A stretch of 64,000 nucleotides of DNA, from NCBI GenBank assembly GCA_965221775.1, contig CBDCSU010000005.1:64001-128000 (forward strand), read 5' to 3'. A program made the translations under genes and the position numbers. The stretch comes from Candidatus Latescibacterota bacterium (lineage in GTDB: Bacteria; Latescibacterota; UBA2968; UBA8231). The notes beneath the pieces were generated by a model, which was not told the DNA's origin, did not search any database, and saw only the letters and a program-made list of their open reading frames with translations. Within the stretch, counting starts at the first letter, position 1; every line of letters begins with the position of its first letter. Positions 1 to 9,041 of the stretch are shown in pieces.

Positions 1-1116
1 GCCCTTGGCCGCGATCCCCCACCACTCCTCGTTCATGTTGTTGCGGCCCTCGACGAAGTCGTGCACGTAGGCGCCGGTGGCCCAGCTGGCGTTGGTGTCG
101 TGGACGTCGAGGTTCTCCTCCTGGCGGAACTTCCACCAGCCGTCCGACCACTGGAAGATGAAGCCGCCCAGGGCGGTGCCGGCGCCGCCCTTGCCGTAGG
201 ACTGCTCGTAGATCTCGCGCCACTGGCCGAGGAGGTAGTCGGCCTGGGCGACATCGTCCTCGCGGTCCCTCTTGGCGTCGTAGGCGTCGGCGCCGAACTC
301 GGTGTAGACGAAGGGCACCCCCATCTCGTCGCGGACGCGCCGGAAGAGGTCGCCGCTGCTGACCCCGCGGTAGACGTTGGCGCCCATGATGTCGACCTCG
401 GGGCAGGTGCGGGCGATGACGTCGAGATAGTTGATGTCGCCGTTGGCCAGGGCCACCGGGTGGCGGTCGTCGAGGCCGCTGACCAGGGCCGCGCCCTCGC
501 CCATCAGCGTGTACAGGTACTCGGCGCGCGGATCGTCGGCCTCCTCGGGCAGGTCCTCGATCTCGAAGCTGGTCCACGACAGGCCGTAGTTGTTCTCGTT
601 GCCGAGGAGGTACATCAGCACGCCGCGCGTGTCCCGGTAGGCCTCGACGGTCCGCTCCAGGTCGGCGAGGATCGCCCGGCGCGTGGTCTCGTCGCTGTAG
701 TCGGTCTCGGGCACGAAGCGGCCGTTCACCTCGAAGCCGTAGCGCCCCATCAGGTGATTGACGGCGGTCATGATGCCGTACTCGTCGTAGATGTGCTCCA
801 CCCAGCGCGGCGGAATCTCGGAGAACAGGCGGATGGCGTTGACGCCCATCTCCCGGAGCATCGACATCTCGGCGTCGAGGGCCTCGACGATGAACTCGTC
901 GGGCTGGTCCCACAGGGAGTAGCGGTAGTTCTCGCCCACGGGGATGTAGCCCCAGTTCATGCCGAAGACCATGAAGTCCTCGCCGTCGACCTGGAGCTTC
1001 CAGCCGCGCTCGTCCTCGACGACGACCACCTGGTTCGCCTGCGCCTCCGCCCGCGGGGCGAGCCCAACGGTCAGCGCCAGGAGCAGGACGGGGAACAGGA
1101 TCCGCCGAGTCTTCAT
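1..1116 (-). CDS. Secreted clan GH-A glycoside hydrolase (GH2 TIM-barrel/GH158-like), truncated by the window edge
   Basis: Not in the ORF track; translated by hand from ATG 1116: signal peptide MKTRRILFPVLLLALTVGLAPRAEA, then GMNWGYIPVG, GVNAIR, LLGNENNY (acid/base NE), YTEFGAD (nucleophile E), FQWSDGWWK, NMNEEWWG. Frame is open to position 1. Confidence 0.8.
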   Translation of the reverse strand, partial: MKTRRILFPVLLLALTVGLAPRAEAQANQVVVVEDERGWKLQVDGEDFMVFGMNWGYIPVGENYRYSLWDQPDEFIVEALDAEMSMLREMGVNAIRLFSEIPPRWVEHIYDEYGIMTAVNHLMGRYGFEVNGRFVPETDYSDETTRRAILADLERTVEAYRDTRGVLMYLLGNENNYGLSWTSFEIEDLPEEADDPRAEYLYTLMGEGAALVSGLDDRHPVALANGDINYLDVIARTCPEVDIMGANVYRGVSSGDLFRRVRDEMGVPFVYTEFGADAYDAKRDREDDVAQADYLLGQWREIYEQSYGKGGAGTALGGFIFQWSDGWWKFRQEENLDVHDTNASWATGAYVHDFVEGRNNMNEEWWGIAAKG

Positions 1117-1141
1117 GGGATCGCCTCTGGCCGGCCGCGGT

Positions 1142-2110
1142 CTACCGGGCCAGGACCACGCGCTGGGTCCGGGTGAAGTCGCCGGCGGTCATCCGGTAGA
1201 TGTAGACGCCGCTGCCGGCGGGGGAGCCGCCGTCGTCGACGGCGTCCCAGGTCACGGCGTACTCGCCGGCGGCGTGGAACCCGCTCACCAAGCTCCGCAC
1301 CCGCTGGCCGAGGCTGTTGTAGACGGCCAGCTCCACGTCGCCGGAGGAGGGCAGGGAGAAGTGGATCGTCGTGACGGGGTTGAAAGGGTTGGGATAGGCG
1401 AGGCCGAGGCTCCAGGCCGCCGGCGCCCGCGCCAGCCGCGTCACCGCCGTGGACGCCTGGGGGGCGCCGCTGGTGAAGAGGATGTCGTCGAAGTCGACGA
1501 GGACATCCGTCGCCGCTCCCCCCTCGACACCGGAGATGACGATGACGACTTCGTCCACGCGGCCGTCGAAGGTGCCGTCGCCGCCGGTCTGCAGGTCGGT
1601 CAAGGAGGCCAGGGGCGCGCTGACCTGGCGCCAAGTGTCGTCGGCGTCGGAGCTGTCGAAGGAGAGGATGTGCTGGAAGGAGTCGTCCTCGCCCTCCTCG
1701 TAGCCCTCGCCGTCGGTGTCCTCGCGGACGGTGAGCTCCACCGAGAAGCGGTCGACGGTGGTGCCGGTCTGGACGAGGACCCACAGGCTCAGCCACGGGT
1801 CCTCCGGCAGGGTCAGCTGCGCGTCCTCGGGGAGATTGCGGAAGAACCCGCCGTAGAACACGCTCTCGCTGCCGGCGCCGCCCCAGCCCGTGTCCAGGTA
1901 CCAGGAGCCTTGCGCCGGACGGTCGCTGGCGGCGCCGCCGCCGCCGCCGGCCTCGTTGCCCCCGAAGAAGATCCAGTCCGAGGCATCGCCGTCCTCGAAG
2001 TCGTCGAAGGTCACCTGCCCGTGGGCGGCGGCCGGTCCCAGCAGGAGCAGGGCCAGGGTCAGCATCGCCGCGCCCAGGGAACCGGTGGTGGCTGGCATGG
2101 GAACTCTCAT
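1142..2110 (-). CDS. Secreted protein: carbohydrate-binding-like domain plus FlgD-Ig/T9SS-type C-terminal sorting domain
   Basis: RBS AGGAG upstream of ATG 2110; hydrophobic signal LTLALLLLGPAAAHG; DDFEDGD start of a CBM-like jelly roll; C-terminal AYPNPFNPVTTIHFSLP...VYNSLGQRVRSL...SGVYIYRM. Confidence 0.75.
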   Translation of the reverse strand: MRVPMPATTGSLGAAMLTLALLLLGPAAAHGQVTFDDFEDGDASDWIFFGGNEAGGGGGAASDRPAQGSWYLDTGWGGAGSESVFYGGFFRNLPEDAQLTLPEDPWLSLWVLVQTGTTVDRFSVELTVREDTDGEGYEEGEDDSFQHILSFDSSDADDTWRQVSAPLASLTDLQTGGDGTFDGRVDEVVIVISGVEGGAATDVLVDFDDILFTSGAPQASTAVTRLARAPAAWSLGLAYPNPFNPVTTIHFSLPSSGDVELAVYNSLGQRVRSLVSGFHAAGEYAVTWDAVDDGGSPAGSGVYIYRMTAGDFTRTQRVVLAR

Positions 2111-2188
2111 GGTCGGTCTCCTGATTGTCTCCGAATCGTGGGACGTGCCGGGAGCGGCCCTCGCCGCGGCCCGTCCGCCCCTTTCCAG

Positions 2189-2204
2189 TGCAATTGGCGG
2201 GCCA
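2189..2204 (-). promoter_or_regulatory. sigma54 (-24/-12) promoter for the CBM/GH genes
   Basis: Minus strand reads TGGCCCGCCAATTGCA with exact GG-N10-GC spacing, about 80 nt upstream of ATG 2110 and just downstream of a sigma54 activator gene. Confidence 0.8.
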
Positions 2205-2379
2205 GGCTCTCCGGGAATCGGAGAGAACCGGCCTAACTCGTTGGCCCACAGTGAAATCAAAATGCAGTGGACGCCGCAAGAGGGGTTCCACCCGCTCCTC
2301 GTCCGGGGCGAAATGTCCACTCCGGAAGCCCTGGACTGTAACCTATCCTGTTGATCTGGATCGAGTTACAGCGTATTGA

Positions 2380-2409
2380 GCGATATTTCGCTCGCGGGCG
2401 AAATATCGC
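2380..2409. promoter_or_regulatory. Inverted repeat, likely upstream activator sequence (UAS) of the adjacent enhancer-binding protein
   Basis: GCGATATTTCGC-N6-GCGAAATATCGC, a perfect 12-bp inverted repeat about 180 nt upstream of the -24 element; no U-tract. Confidence 0.6.
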
Positions 2410-2418
2410 CCCCGGGAC

Positions 2419-5400
2419 TCAGCGGGGCCTCTCCAGGCCGAGCTTCTTCATGCGGCTGCGCAGGGTGGAGGGCGGAAGCCCGAGGGCCGCGGCCGCGCCT
2501 CCCTCGCCGCGGACGAGCCAGTTCCTCGACTCCAGGACGCGGCGGATGTAGCGGCGCTCGAACTCCTCCAGGGGCAGGACCTCGAGCTCGCCGGGCGGCG
2601 GCGGCGCCGCCTTCAGCCCCAGGTCGGCGGCCGTGATCCGGGGGCCGCGGCAGGCGATGACGGCGCGCTGCAAGGTGTGCTCCAGCTCGCGCACGTTCCC
2701 CGGCCACGGCTGCGCCCGCAGGACCGCCACGACCTCGGGCGTCAGGGGGCCGATGCGCTTGTCCAGGTGCGAGGCCATGCGCTCCTTGAACAGCTCCGCC
2801 AGGGCCGGCACGTCCTCCTGGCGGTCGCGCAGCGGCGGCAGGCGGACGGGCAGCACCTGCAGGCGGTAGTAGAGGTCCTCGCGGAAGTCGCCGTCGCGCA
2901 CCATCTGCTCCAGGTCGCGGTTGGTGGCGGCCACCACCCGGGCGTCGGCCCTCAGGGTGCGGCTGCCCCCCAGGCGCTCGAAGGTGCCGTCCTCCAGGAG
3001 CCGCAGCAGCTTCACCTGCGCCTCCAGCGGCATGTCGCCGATCTCGTCGAGGAACAGGGTGCCCCCCGCCGCCAGCTCGACCTTGCCGAGCTTGCGCGCC
3101 AGGGCGGTGGTGAACGACCCCTTCTCGTGACCGAAGAGCTCGCTGTCCACCAGGGTGGCGGGCAGGGCGCCGCAGTTGACGTGGATCAGGGGGCCGCCGC
3201 GGCGCCGGCCGAGGGCGTGCAGGATCCGGGCCGCAAGTCCCTTGCCCACCCCCGTCTCGCCGAGGATGAGCACGGTGAGATCGGCCTCCGCCGCCTCCAT
3301 GAGCCGCGTCTGCACCCGCTGCAGGGCGGCGCTGCGGCCGGTGAACTCGACCCCCGGGGCCTGGCCGCCGAGGGCCTCGGTCAGGGCGGCGATGCGCGGG
3401 TCGGGCTCGACCGAGACCGGGACCTCGGCGATCTCCGAGTAGTTCAGGTCGCGGTCGACGGCGCGCACCTGGAAGGTGTACTCCCCCTTCGGCAGGTCGC
3501 GGTAGTGGGCCCGCATGTTCCGGGTCGCCGGCCCCCAGTCGCGCTCGTGGCCCTGGAGGCGGACCACGTAGAGCATGTCCCGGGGATGGGTGGAGAAGCT
3601 CACGCCCTTGTACTCGAAGATCACCGGCTGGCCGGCGGACAGGACCACCGCCGACGGCGACTCGAAGACCTGGTCGGCCACGACCTGGTCGAGGCGCACC
3701 CGCGGCGGGTTGCGGCCCGGCCGGTAGCGGACCAGGGTGCCGAGGGCGGTGCCGAACCAGAACGTGCCCTCCCGGTCCTCCAGGATCTGCAGGACCGGCC
3801 CCGCCGGGGGCAGCTTGATCGTCTGGAAGAGCCGGCCGTCGTGGTGGGCGACGCCGCCGTCCGTGCCCAGCCAGAGATGCCCGCGGCGGTCCTCGAAGAG
3901 GCAGCGGACGCGGTTGCTCGGCAGGCCGTCGTCGGTGGTGTAGTTGTGGAACCGGCTGCCGTCGAAGCGGCTCAGGCCGTTCTGGGTGGCGATCCACAGG
4001 TGGCCGGAGCGGTCCTGCAGGAGATCGACCACGCGGTTGTCGGGCAGGCCGTCGTCGGTGGTGTACAGGGCGGCGCCGCGCTCGGGGTGCCAGCGGCCGA
4101 TCCCCTTGCCCCGGCCGAAGGGGTTGTGGGTCCCCAAGGCGTACCACAGCTCGCCGTTGCGGGCCGCCACCAGGGCGCCGATGTGGTTGAAGGGGTCCTC
4201 CTTGTCCTCCTCGCGGAAGACGGTGACGAAGCCCTGCCCCTGGCGGCGCACGATCTGCAGGGGGCTGGCGAAGAGCTCCTCCCTGCGGGCGGTGGTCCCG
4301 TTCACCCACTGACCCACCAGCAGCCGGCCGTCCCGGTCCTGGGCCACGGCGCTGACGCCGGCCTCGACGAAGCCGGCCTCGGCGCCGACCCGCTCGAAGC
4401 GGGCGCCGTCGTAGCGGAACAGCCCGTTGCCGCCGCCGAACCACAGGCCGCCGCCGCCGTCCTCGTAGATGGCGAAGCAGCTGTTGAGGTCGAGGCCCTC
4501 GCCGGCGCCGACGAACTCGTAGCCGCTGCCGTCGAAGCGGGCGACGCTGCGCGCCGTCAGGCTGAGGAAGGGGGTGGAGAACCCGATCCAGATGCGGCCC
4601 CCCCGGTCCTGCACCATCCGCGAGATCTCCGCCTCCCCCTCGGGGTAGTCCTCGGGGCGCTCGAAGAGACCGACGCCGAAGGCGTCGTAGCGGGCGACGC
4701 CGCCGCCCCAGGTGGCGAACCAGTGCTGGCGCTCGGGGTCCTGGAAGACGGCGTTGACCACCGGATAGGGCAGGCCGTCGGCGGTGGTGATGCGATCGAA
4801 GCCGTCTCCCGCCTGGTAGAGCGCCCCTCCGGAGGTGCACAGCCACAGGCGGCCGTCGCGGTCGCACTGGATCTTGCGGAGATGGCCGGGCAGGTCCACC
4901 GCCACCGGGTCGAAGCAGCGGCCGTCGAACCGCCAGATCCGCTGCCGCTCGCCGGCGCGGCCGATCCACAGGCCGCCCCCCGGGTCGCGGCCGACGACAT
5001 AGCAGCTGGCGTCGGCCGGCAGGCCCTCGGCCTCTCCGTAGCGGTGGAAGTCGCGGCCGTCGAAGCGGACCAGGTGGTCGAAGGCGAACCACAGGTCGCC
5101 GCGGGTGTCCTGGGTGATCCCCCAGCACTGGTTGGTCCAGCGCGGCGACGGCGGCTCTCCGTAGCGCTCGGCGTAGGCCGGCGCCAGGTCGCGGAACTCG
5201 CCGCCCTGGAACCAGCCCAGGGTCCCGGTGCCGGCGCACCAGAGGCGGGACTGGTCGTCCTCGAAGAGGGACTGGACGGGGCGGCCGGCGATGCCCTCGC
5301 CGACGGCGGGATGGAACCTGCAGCCGTCGTGCCAGCAGACGCCGCTGAGGGTTGCGAACCACAGCCGGTCGCCGCCGTCGCGGAGGATGGAGAACACGCG

Positions 5401-5598
5401 GTCCCCGCACAGGCCGTCGCCGCCGGTGTAGCTCTGGAACCGGTCGCCGTCGAAGCGGCTGACGCCGTTGTCCCAAGTGGCGAACCACAGATCGCCGCGG
5501 CCGTCCTCGGCGATCTCCTCGGCGCGCGCCCCCGCGAGCCCGTCGGCGGGACCGAAGGTGCGCCACGTGCCTCGGCGGTCCAGCGCGCCGGTGGGAAT
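2419..5598 (-). CDS. sigma54 enhancer-binding protein with N-terminal Reg_prop beta-propeller and Y_Y_Y domains (start uncertain, probably non-canonical)
   Basis: Repeated [19 protein letters not shown] propeller blades; [16 protein letters not shown] (Y_Y_Y); Walker A GETGVGKG; [13 protein letters not shown]; FLDEIG; WPGNVRELE; [19 protein letters not shown]. Blade-like sequence continues upstream of GTG 5397 to about 5580. Confidence 0.9.
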   Translation of the reverse strand: MPTGALDRRGTWRTFGPADGLAGARAEEIAEDGRGDLWFATWDNGVSRFDGDRFQSYTGGDGLCGDRVFSILRDGGDRLWFATLSGVCWHDGCRFHPAVGEGIAGRPVQSLFEDDQSRLWCAGTGTLGWFQGGEFRDLAPAYAERYGEPPSPRWTNQCWGITQDTRGDLWFAFDHLVRFDGRDFHRYGEAEGLPADASCYVVGRDPGGGLWIGRAGERQRIWRFDGRCFDPVAVDLPGHLRKIQCDRDGRLWLCTSGGALYQAGDGFDRITTADGLPYPVVNAVFQDPERQHWFATWGGGVARYDAFGVGLFERPEDYPEGEAEISRMVQDRGGRIWIGFSTPFLSLTARSVARFDGSGYEFVGAGEGLDLNSCFAIYEDGGGGLWFGGGNGLFRYDGARFERVGAEAGFVEAGVSAVAQDRDGRLLVGQWVNGTTARREELFASPLQIVRRQGQGFVTVFREEDKEDPFNHIGALVAARNGELWYALGTHNPFGRGKGIGRWHPERGAALYTTDDGLPDNRVVDLLQDRSGHLWIATQNGLSRFDGSRFHNYTTDDGLPSNRVRCLFEDRRGHLWLGTDGGVAHHDGRLFQTIKLPPAGPVLQILEDREGTFWFGTALGTLVRYRPGRNPPRVRLDQVVADQVFESPSAVVLSAGQPVIFEYKGVSFSTHPRDMLYVVRLQGHERDWGPATRNMRAHYRDLPKGEYTFQVRAVDRDLNYSEIAEVPVSVEPDPRIAALTEALGGQAPGVEFTGRSAALQRVQTRLMEAAEADLTVLILGETGVGKGLAARILHALGRRRGGPLIHVNCGALPATLVDSELFGHEKGSFTTALARKLGKVELAAGGTLFLDEIGDMPLEAQVKLLRLLEDGTFERLGGSRTLRADARVVAATNRDLEQMVRDGDFREDLYYRLQVLPVRLPPLRDRQEDVPALAELFKERMASHLDKRIGPLTPEVVAVLRAQPWPGNVRELEHTLQRAVIACRGPRITAADLGLKAAPPPPGELEVLPLEEFERRYIRRVLESRNWLVRGEGGAAAALGLPPSTLRSRMKKLGLERPR

Positions 5599-5618
5599 GA
5601 GGGGGGCTCCCTCCGCCG

Positions 5619-7310
5619 TTGGGTCGGCGGTGCGCGGGGGTTATCGTTGGCCGCGTCAAGGTAGCCCGACCCGTGCCCCCCCGCCATATCGCCCGCCATG
5701 GATGGGCCCGCCGGCTGCAGGCCGCCAGCCGCCGCCTCGGACGCGCCCTCGACCCGCCCGGCACCGAGTACCGCCTGGCGCGGTGGCTGTTCCTGCGCCT
5801 CCTCGGGCTGGTCTACGCCACCGCCTTCCTGGTCTCGGCGCGCCAGGCGGGACCGCTGATCGGCGACGGGGGGCTGCTGCCGGCGCGCCTCTACCTCGAA
5901 GGCGCCGCGGCCGCGGCCGCCCTGCCGTGGCTGGATGTCCCGACGCTGATGTGGATCAGCACCGCCGACGGCTTCCTCGCCGGCCTCGCCTGGCTCGGCT
6001 TCGCCGGGGCGCTGCTGCTGGTGGCCGGGTACGCCTCCGCTCCCCACCTGCTGGTCCTTTGGGTCCTCTACTCCTCCTTCGTCAACGCCGGCCAGTTGTT
6101 CTACGGCTACGGCTGGGAGATCCTCACCCTCGAGACCGGGTTCCTGGCCGTCTTCCTGTGCCCCTTCGGCCGCGGCGGCCGGCGCCACGCCGTCGCCCCG
6201 GACCGCGCCGTGGTGTGGCTGCTGCGCTGGCTGCTGTTCCGCGTCATGTTCGGCGCCGGGCTCATCAAGCTGCGCGGCGATCCGTGCTGGCTCGACCTGA
6301 CCTGCCTGTTCCATCACTACGAGACCCAGCCGATCCCCAACCCCCTGAGCCCGTACCTGCACCTGATGCCGGGCCTGGCGCACCGCGCCGGCGTGCTCTT
6401 CAGCCACCTCGTGGAGGTCGGCGCCCCCCTGCTGCTCTTCGGCCCGGTGCGCCTGCGCCGGCTCGCGGGGCTCCTCATCCTCGCCTTCCAGGTGCTGCTC
6501 ATCGCCAGCGGCAACCTCTCCTGGCTCAACTACCTGACCATCGCCCTGTGCCTGCCGTGCTTCGACGACGCCTGGCTCCGGCGCATCGCGCCCCGGCCCT
6601 TGAAGGCCCTCCTCGCCAGGGAGGAGGCAGCCGCCCGCGCGCCGGGCCGGGGACGCCGCCTCGCCGTGGGCGCGCTGACCGTGGTGGTGGTCCTGCTCAG
6701 CGCCGCGCCCGCGGCCAACATGCTCTCCTCGCGCCAGGTGATGAACACCTCCTACGACCGCCTGCACCTGGTCAACACCTACGGCGCCTTCGGCCACGTG
6801 GGGAAGGTGCGGCGCGAGGTCGTCCTGCTGGGCACCCTCGACGAGCCGGGACCGGGCGGGGCCCGGTGGCGGGAGTACTCCTTCCACTGCAAGCCCGGGG
6901 ATCCCTCCCGCCCGCCGTGCGTGGTCTCGCCCTACCACTACCGCCTCGACTGGCAGATCTGGTTCGCCGCCATGGCCGACTACCGGACCCAGCCGTGGCT
7001 CGTCCACCTCGTGTACAAGCTGCTCCACGCCGACCCCGGGGCCCTCTCCCTGCTCGCCGGGGATCCCTTCGACGGGAGGCCGCCGCGCCGCATCCGCGCC
7101 GACCTCTACGAGTACGAGTTCGCCCCGGCCGGTGAAGAAGGCTGGTGGCGGCGGCGCCGTCTGGGCGAGTACCTTCCCGCCCTGTCCGCCGGCGATCCGG
7201 CCCTGCGCCGCGTCGTCGAGGGATTCGGCTGGCCGCTGCTGCCGGGGCCGCCCCGCACTGCCTCCGCCAGCCTGCCGCGGGGGCAAGGATGCCCTTGCGG
7301 CGCCGGCTGA
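5619..7310 (+). CDS. Lipase maturation factor (LMF1) family membrane protein (start may be GTG 5673)
   Basis: FLRLLGLVY, GQLFYGYGWEILTLETGFLA, FRVMFGAGLIKLRGDPCW, HYETQPIPNPLS, SGNLSWLNYLT, PYHYRLDWQIWFAA. Confidence 0.9.
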   Translation: MGRRCAGVIVGRVKVARPVPPRHIARHGWARRLQAASRRLGRALDPPGTEYRLARWLFLRLLGLVYATAFLVSARQAGPLIGDGGLLPARLYLEGAAAAAALPWLDVPTLMWISTADGFLAGLAWLGFAGALLLVAGYASAPHLLVLWVLYSSFVNAGQLFYGYGWEILTLETGFLAVFLCPFGRGGRRHAVAPDRAVVWLLRWLLFRVMFGAGLIKLRGDPCWLDLTCLFHHYETQPIPNPLSPYLHLMPGLAHRAGVLFSHLVEVGAPLLLFGPVRLRRLAGLLILAFQVLLIASGNLSWLNYLTIALCLPCFDDAWLRRIAPRPLKALLAREEAAARAPGRGRRLAVGALTVVVVLLSAAPAANMLSSRQVMNTSYDRLHLVNTYGAFGHVGKVRREVVLLGTLDEPGPGGARWREYSFHCKPGDPSRPPCVVSPYHYRLDWQIWFAAMADYRTQPWLVHLVYKLLHADPGALSLLAGDPFDGRPPRRIRADLYEYEFAPAGEEGWWRRRRLGEYLPALSAGDPALRRVVEGFGWPLLPGPPRTASASLPRGQGCPCGAG

Positions 7311-7398
7311 GCGCCAGACCGACCGGCCGGCGCCCCCTTCCCGCGGGGCCGGATCTCATCCCGGCCTCACTCACACCTGCTTTGACGGAGCCCACCAC

Positions 7399-8265
7399 AT
7401 GCAACTGACCGAGCAGCAGACGCGGTTCTTCGACGCCTTCGGATACCTGGTCGTTCGCCAACTGCTCAGCCCGGAGGAGGTCGAGCGCGTCATCGAGGGT
7501 TTCGAGTGGTCGATCCGCAACTGGGGCGGCGGCCAGGACCACGACGGCACGAAGCGCACCATGTTCGGCGGTCCCATCGAGCATGCGCCGGAGATGTGCG
7601 CCATTCTCGACCACCCGGGCGTGCTCGGCCTCATCGGCGGCGTCATCGGCGACGACTTCAGCTACTGCGGCGGCGACGGCAACTACTACGTGGGCGACAC
7701 CCACTGGCATCCGGACGGCAACTGGGGCCGCCTGTGGGCGACCAAGACCGCCTTCTACCTCGACGAGGTGGACGCCGGCAGCGGCTGCCTGCGGGTGATC
7801 CCGGGCAGCCACCGCCCCGGCCACTACCTGCGCGCCGAGGGCGTCAATCCGCGCGAATCAGAGGACCTCTTCGGCGTGCCGCCGAGCGAGTTCCCGGGCA
7901 GCGTGGCCCTGGAGTCGAGCCCGGGCGACGTGGTGATCTTCAACCACGACCTCTACCACGCCTCCTTCGGCGGCGGCCGGCAACGGCGCATGTTCACCAT
8001 GAACTGCACCCGCCGCGCCGCGACCCCGGAGGAGCACGAGCTGGCCCGCCAGTACATCTCCGTGCACTCGCCGGGCGGGTACGGCGTCGATACCGGCGCC
8101 GGCATGTTCTTCCCCACCATGCTCGACACCGCCGGCGAGGGGCGCATGCAGCACCTGCGCCAGCCCGTGGAGATCCACGACGAGCTGTTTCCGCAGTTCG
8201 CCCGCGGCGGCGGCGGGCGGGACCCGCACCGGGGGGTGATGAGGCAGTACAAGAGAAAGGGTTGA
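7399..8265 (+). CDS. Phytanoyl-CoA dioxygenase (PhyH)-family Fe(II)/2OG enzyme
   Basis: GGAG RBS; LTEQQTRFFDAFGYLVVR; WHPD (HxD); GCLRVIPGSH; PGDVVIFNHDLYHAS. Confidence 0.85.
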   Translation: MQLTEQQTRFFDAFGYLVVRQLLSPEEVERVIEGFEWSIRNWGGGQDHDGTKRTMFGGPIEHAPEMCAILDHPGVLGLIGGVIGDDFSYCGGDGNYYVGDTHWHPDGNWGRLWATKTAFYLDEVDAGSGCLRVIPGSHRPGHYLRAEGVNPRESEDLFGVPPSEFPGSVALESSPGDVVIFNHDLYHASFGGGRQRRMFTMNCTRRAATPEEHELARQYISVHSPGGYGVDTGAGMFFPTMLDTAGEGRMQHLRQPVEIHDELFPQFARGGGGRDPHRGVMRQYKRKG

Positions 8266-8273
8266 AACAAGAA

Positions 8274-8302
8274 GACGCGGAGCAGACCCGCTGCTCCGCG
8301 TC
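8274..8302 (-). terminator. Intrinsic terminator between convergent genes
   Basis: GACGCGGAGCAG-5nt-CTGCTCCGCGTC 12-bp stem followed by TTCTTGTTT on the minus strand. Confidence 0.7.
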
Positions 8303-8328
8303 GTGAGGAATCCTGCAGGAACCGCCGC

Positions 8329-8970
8329 CTACCGCTTGCCGCGCCAGCCTCTACCGCCGCCGTAGAACGCCTCGTCCTTCATCGTTTCGAGCTTGTCGCG
8401 CTGCTCGTCGGTGAGAACTCCCTCCAGCGCCTTGCGGTGATCCTGGCGAGTCTCGCGCATCTCCGTGCGGTGCTCGGTGCGCAGTTCCCCGAGCCGTTGC
8501 TTCTGCTCGTCGGTCAGGTCCAGCCTTGAGAACGGGGACTTGCCTCCGCGCGGAGCGTCGTGCCAACCCCTGGCACCGCGTCGCATGTCCCACCGATCCT
8601 TGCCCTTGTCGCCGCGCCGCATGTCCCAGCGATCCCGGCCCATGCCGCCGCGCCGGTCGAGGAACCGGCCGCGCATCTCCTTCAGGGTCTCCTGCTGCTC
8701 CTCGGTGAGGATCCCCATCACGGCCTCGCGCTGCTCTCTGCCCATGGCAACCATGGACTCGCGCTGCTCGCGCCGGGCCTTCTGGTGCTTCGCGCGCATC
8801 TCCTGCAGTTGCTCCTGCTGCTCGTCGGTCAGGTCCAGACGCTCCAGGATCCGGGCCCTGAGCGGCCCGTGCTCCCCCATCCTCTTCTCTCCACGCTCGG
8901 CCACGGCCACGGTGGCCGCCGCGCCGAGGGTTAGTGCGATTCCGCCGGCGATGATCCATCTCTTCTTCAT
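8329..8970 (-). CDS. Spy/CpxP-family periplasmic chaperone (LTXXQ motifs)
   Basis: Signal peptide MKKRWIIAGGIALTLGAAATVAVA; LDLTDEQQ, ILTEEQQ, LDLTDEQK, VLTDEQR. Confidence 0.85.
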   Translation of the reverse strand: MKKRWIIAGGIALTLGAAATVAVAERGEKRMGEHGPLRARILERLDLTDEQQEQLQEMRAKHQKARREQRESMVAMGREQREAVMGILTEEQQETLKEMRGRFLDRRGGMGRDRWDMRRGDKGKDRWDMRRGARGWHDAPRGGKSPFSRLDLTDEQKQRLGELRTEHRTEMRETRQDHRKALEGVLTDEQRDKLETMKDEAFYGGGRGWRGKR

Positions 8971-9041
8971 GCTGCGCTCTCCGTGTTGGAGTGGTCGATG
9001 GGCTCTCTGCTCTCGCCCATTTGACCACCCCATCGATCGTT

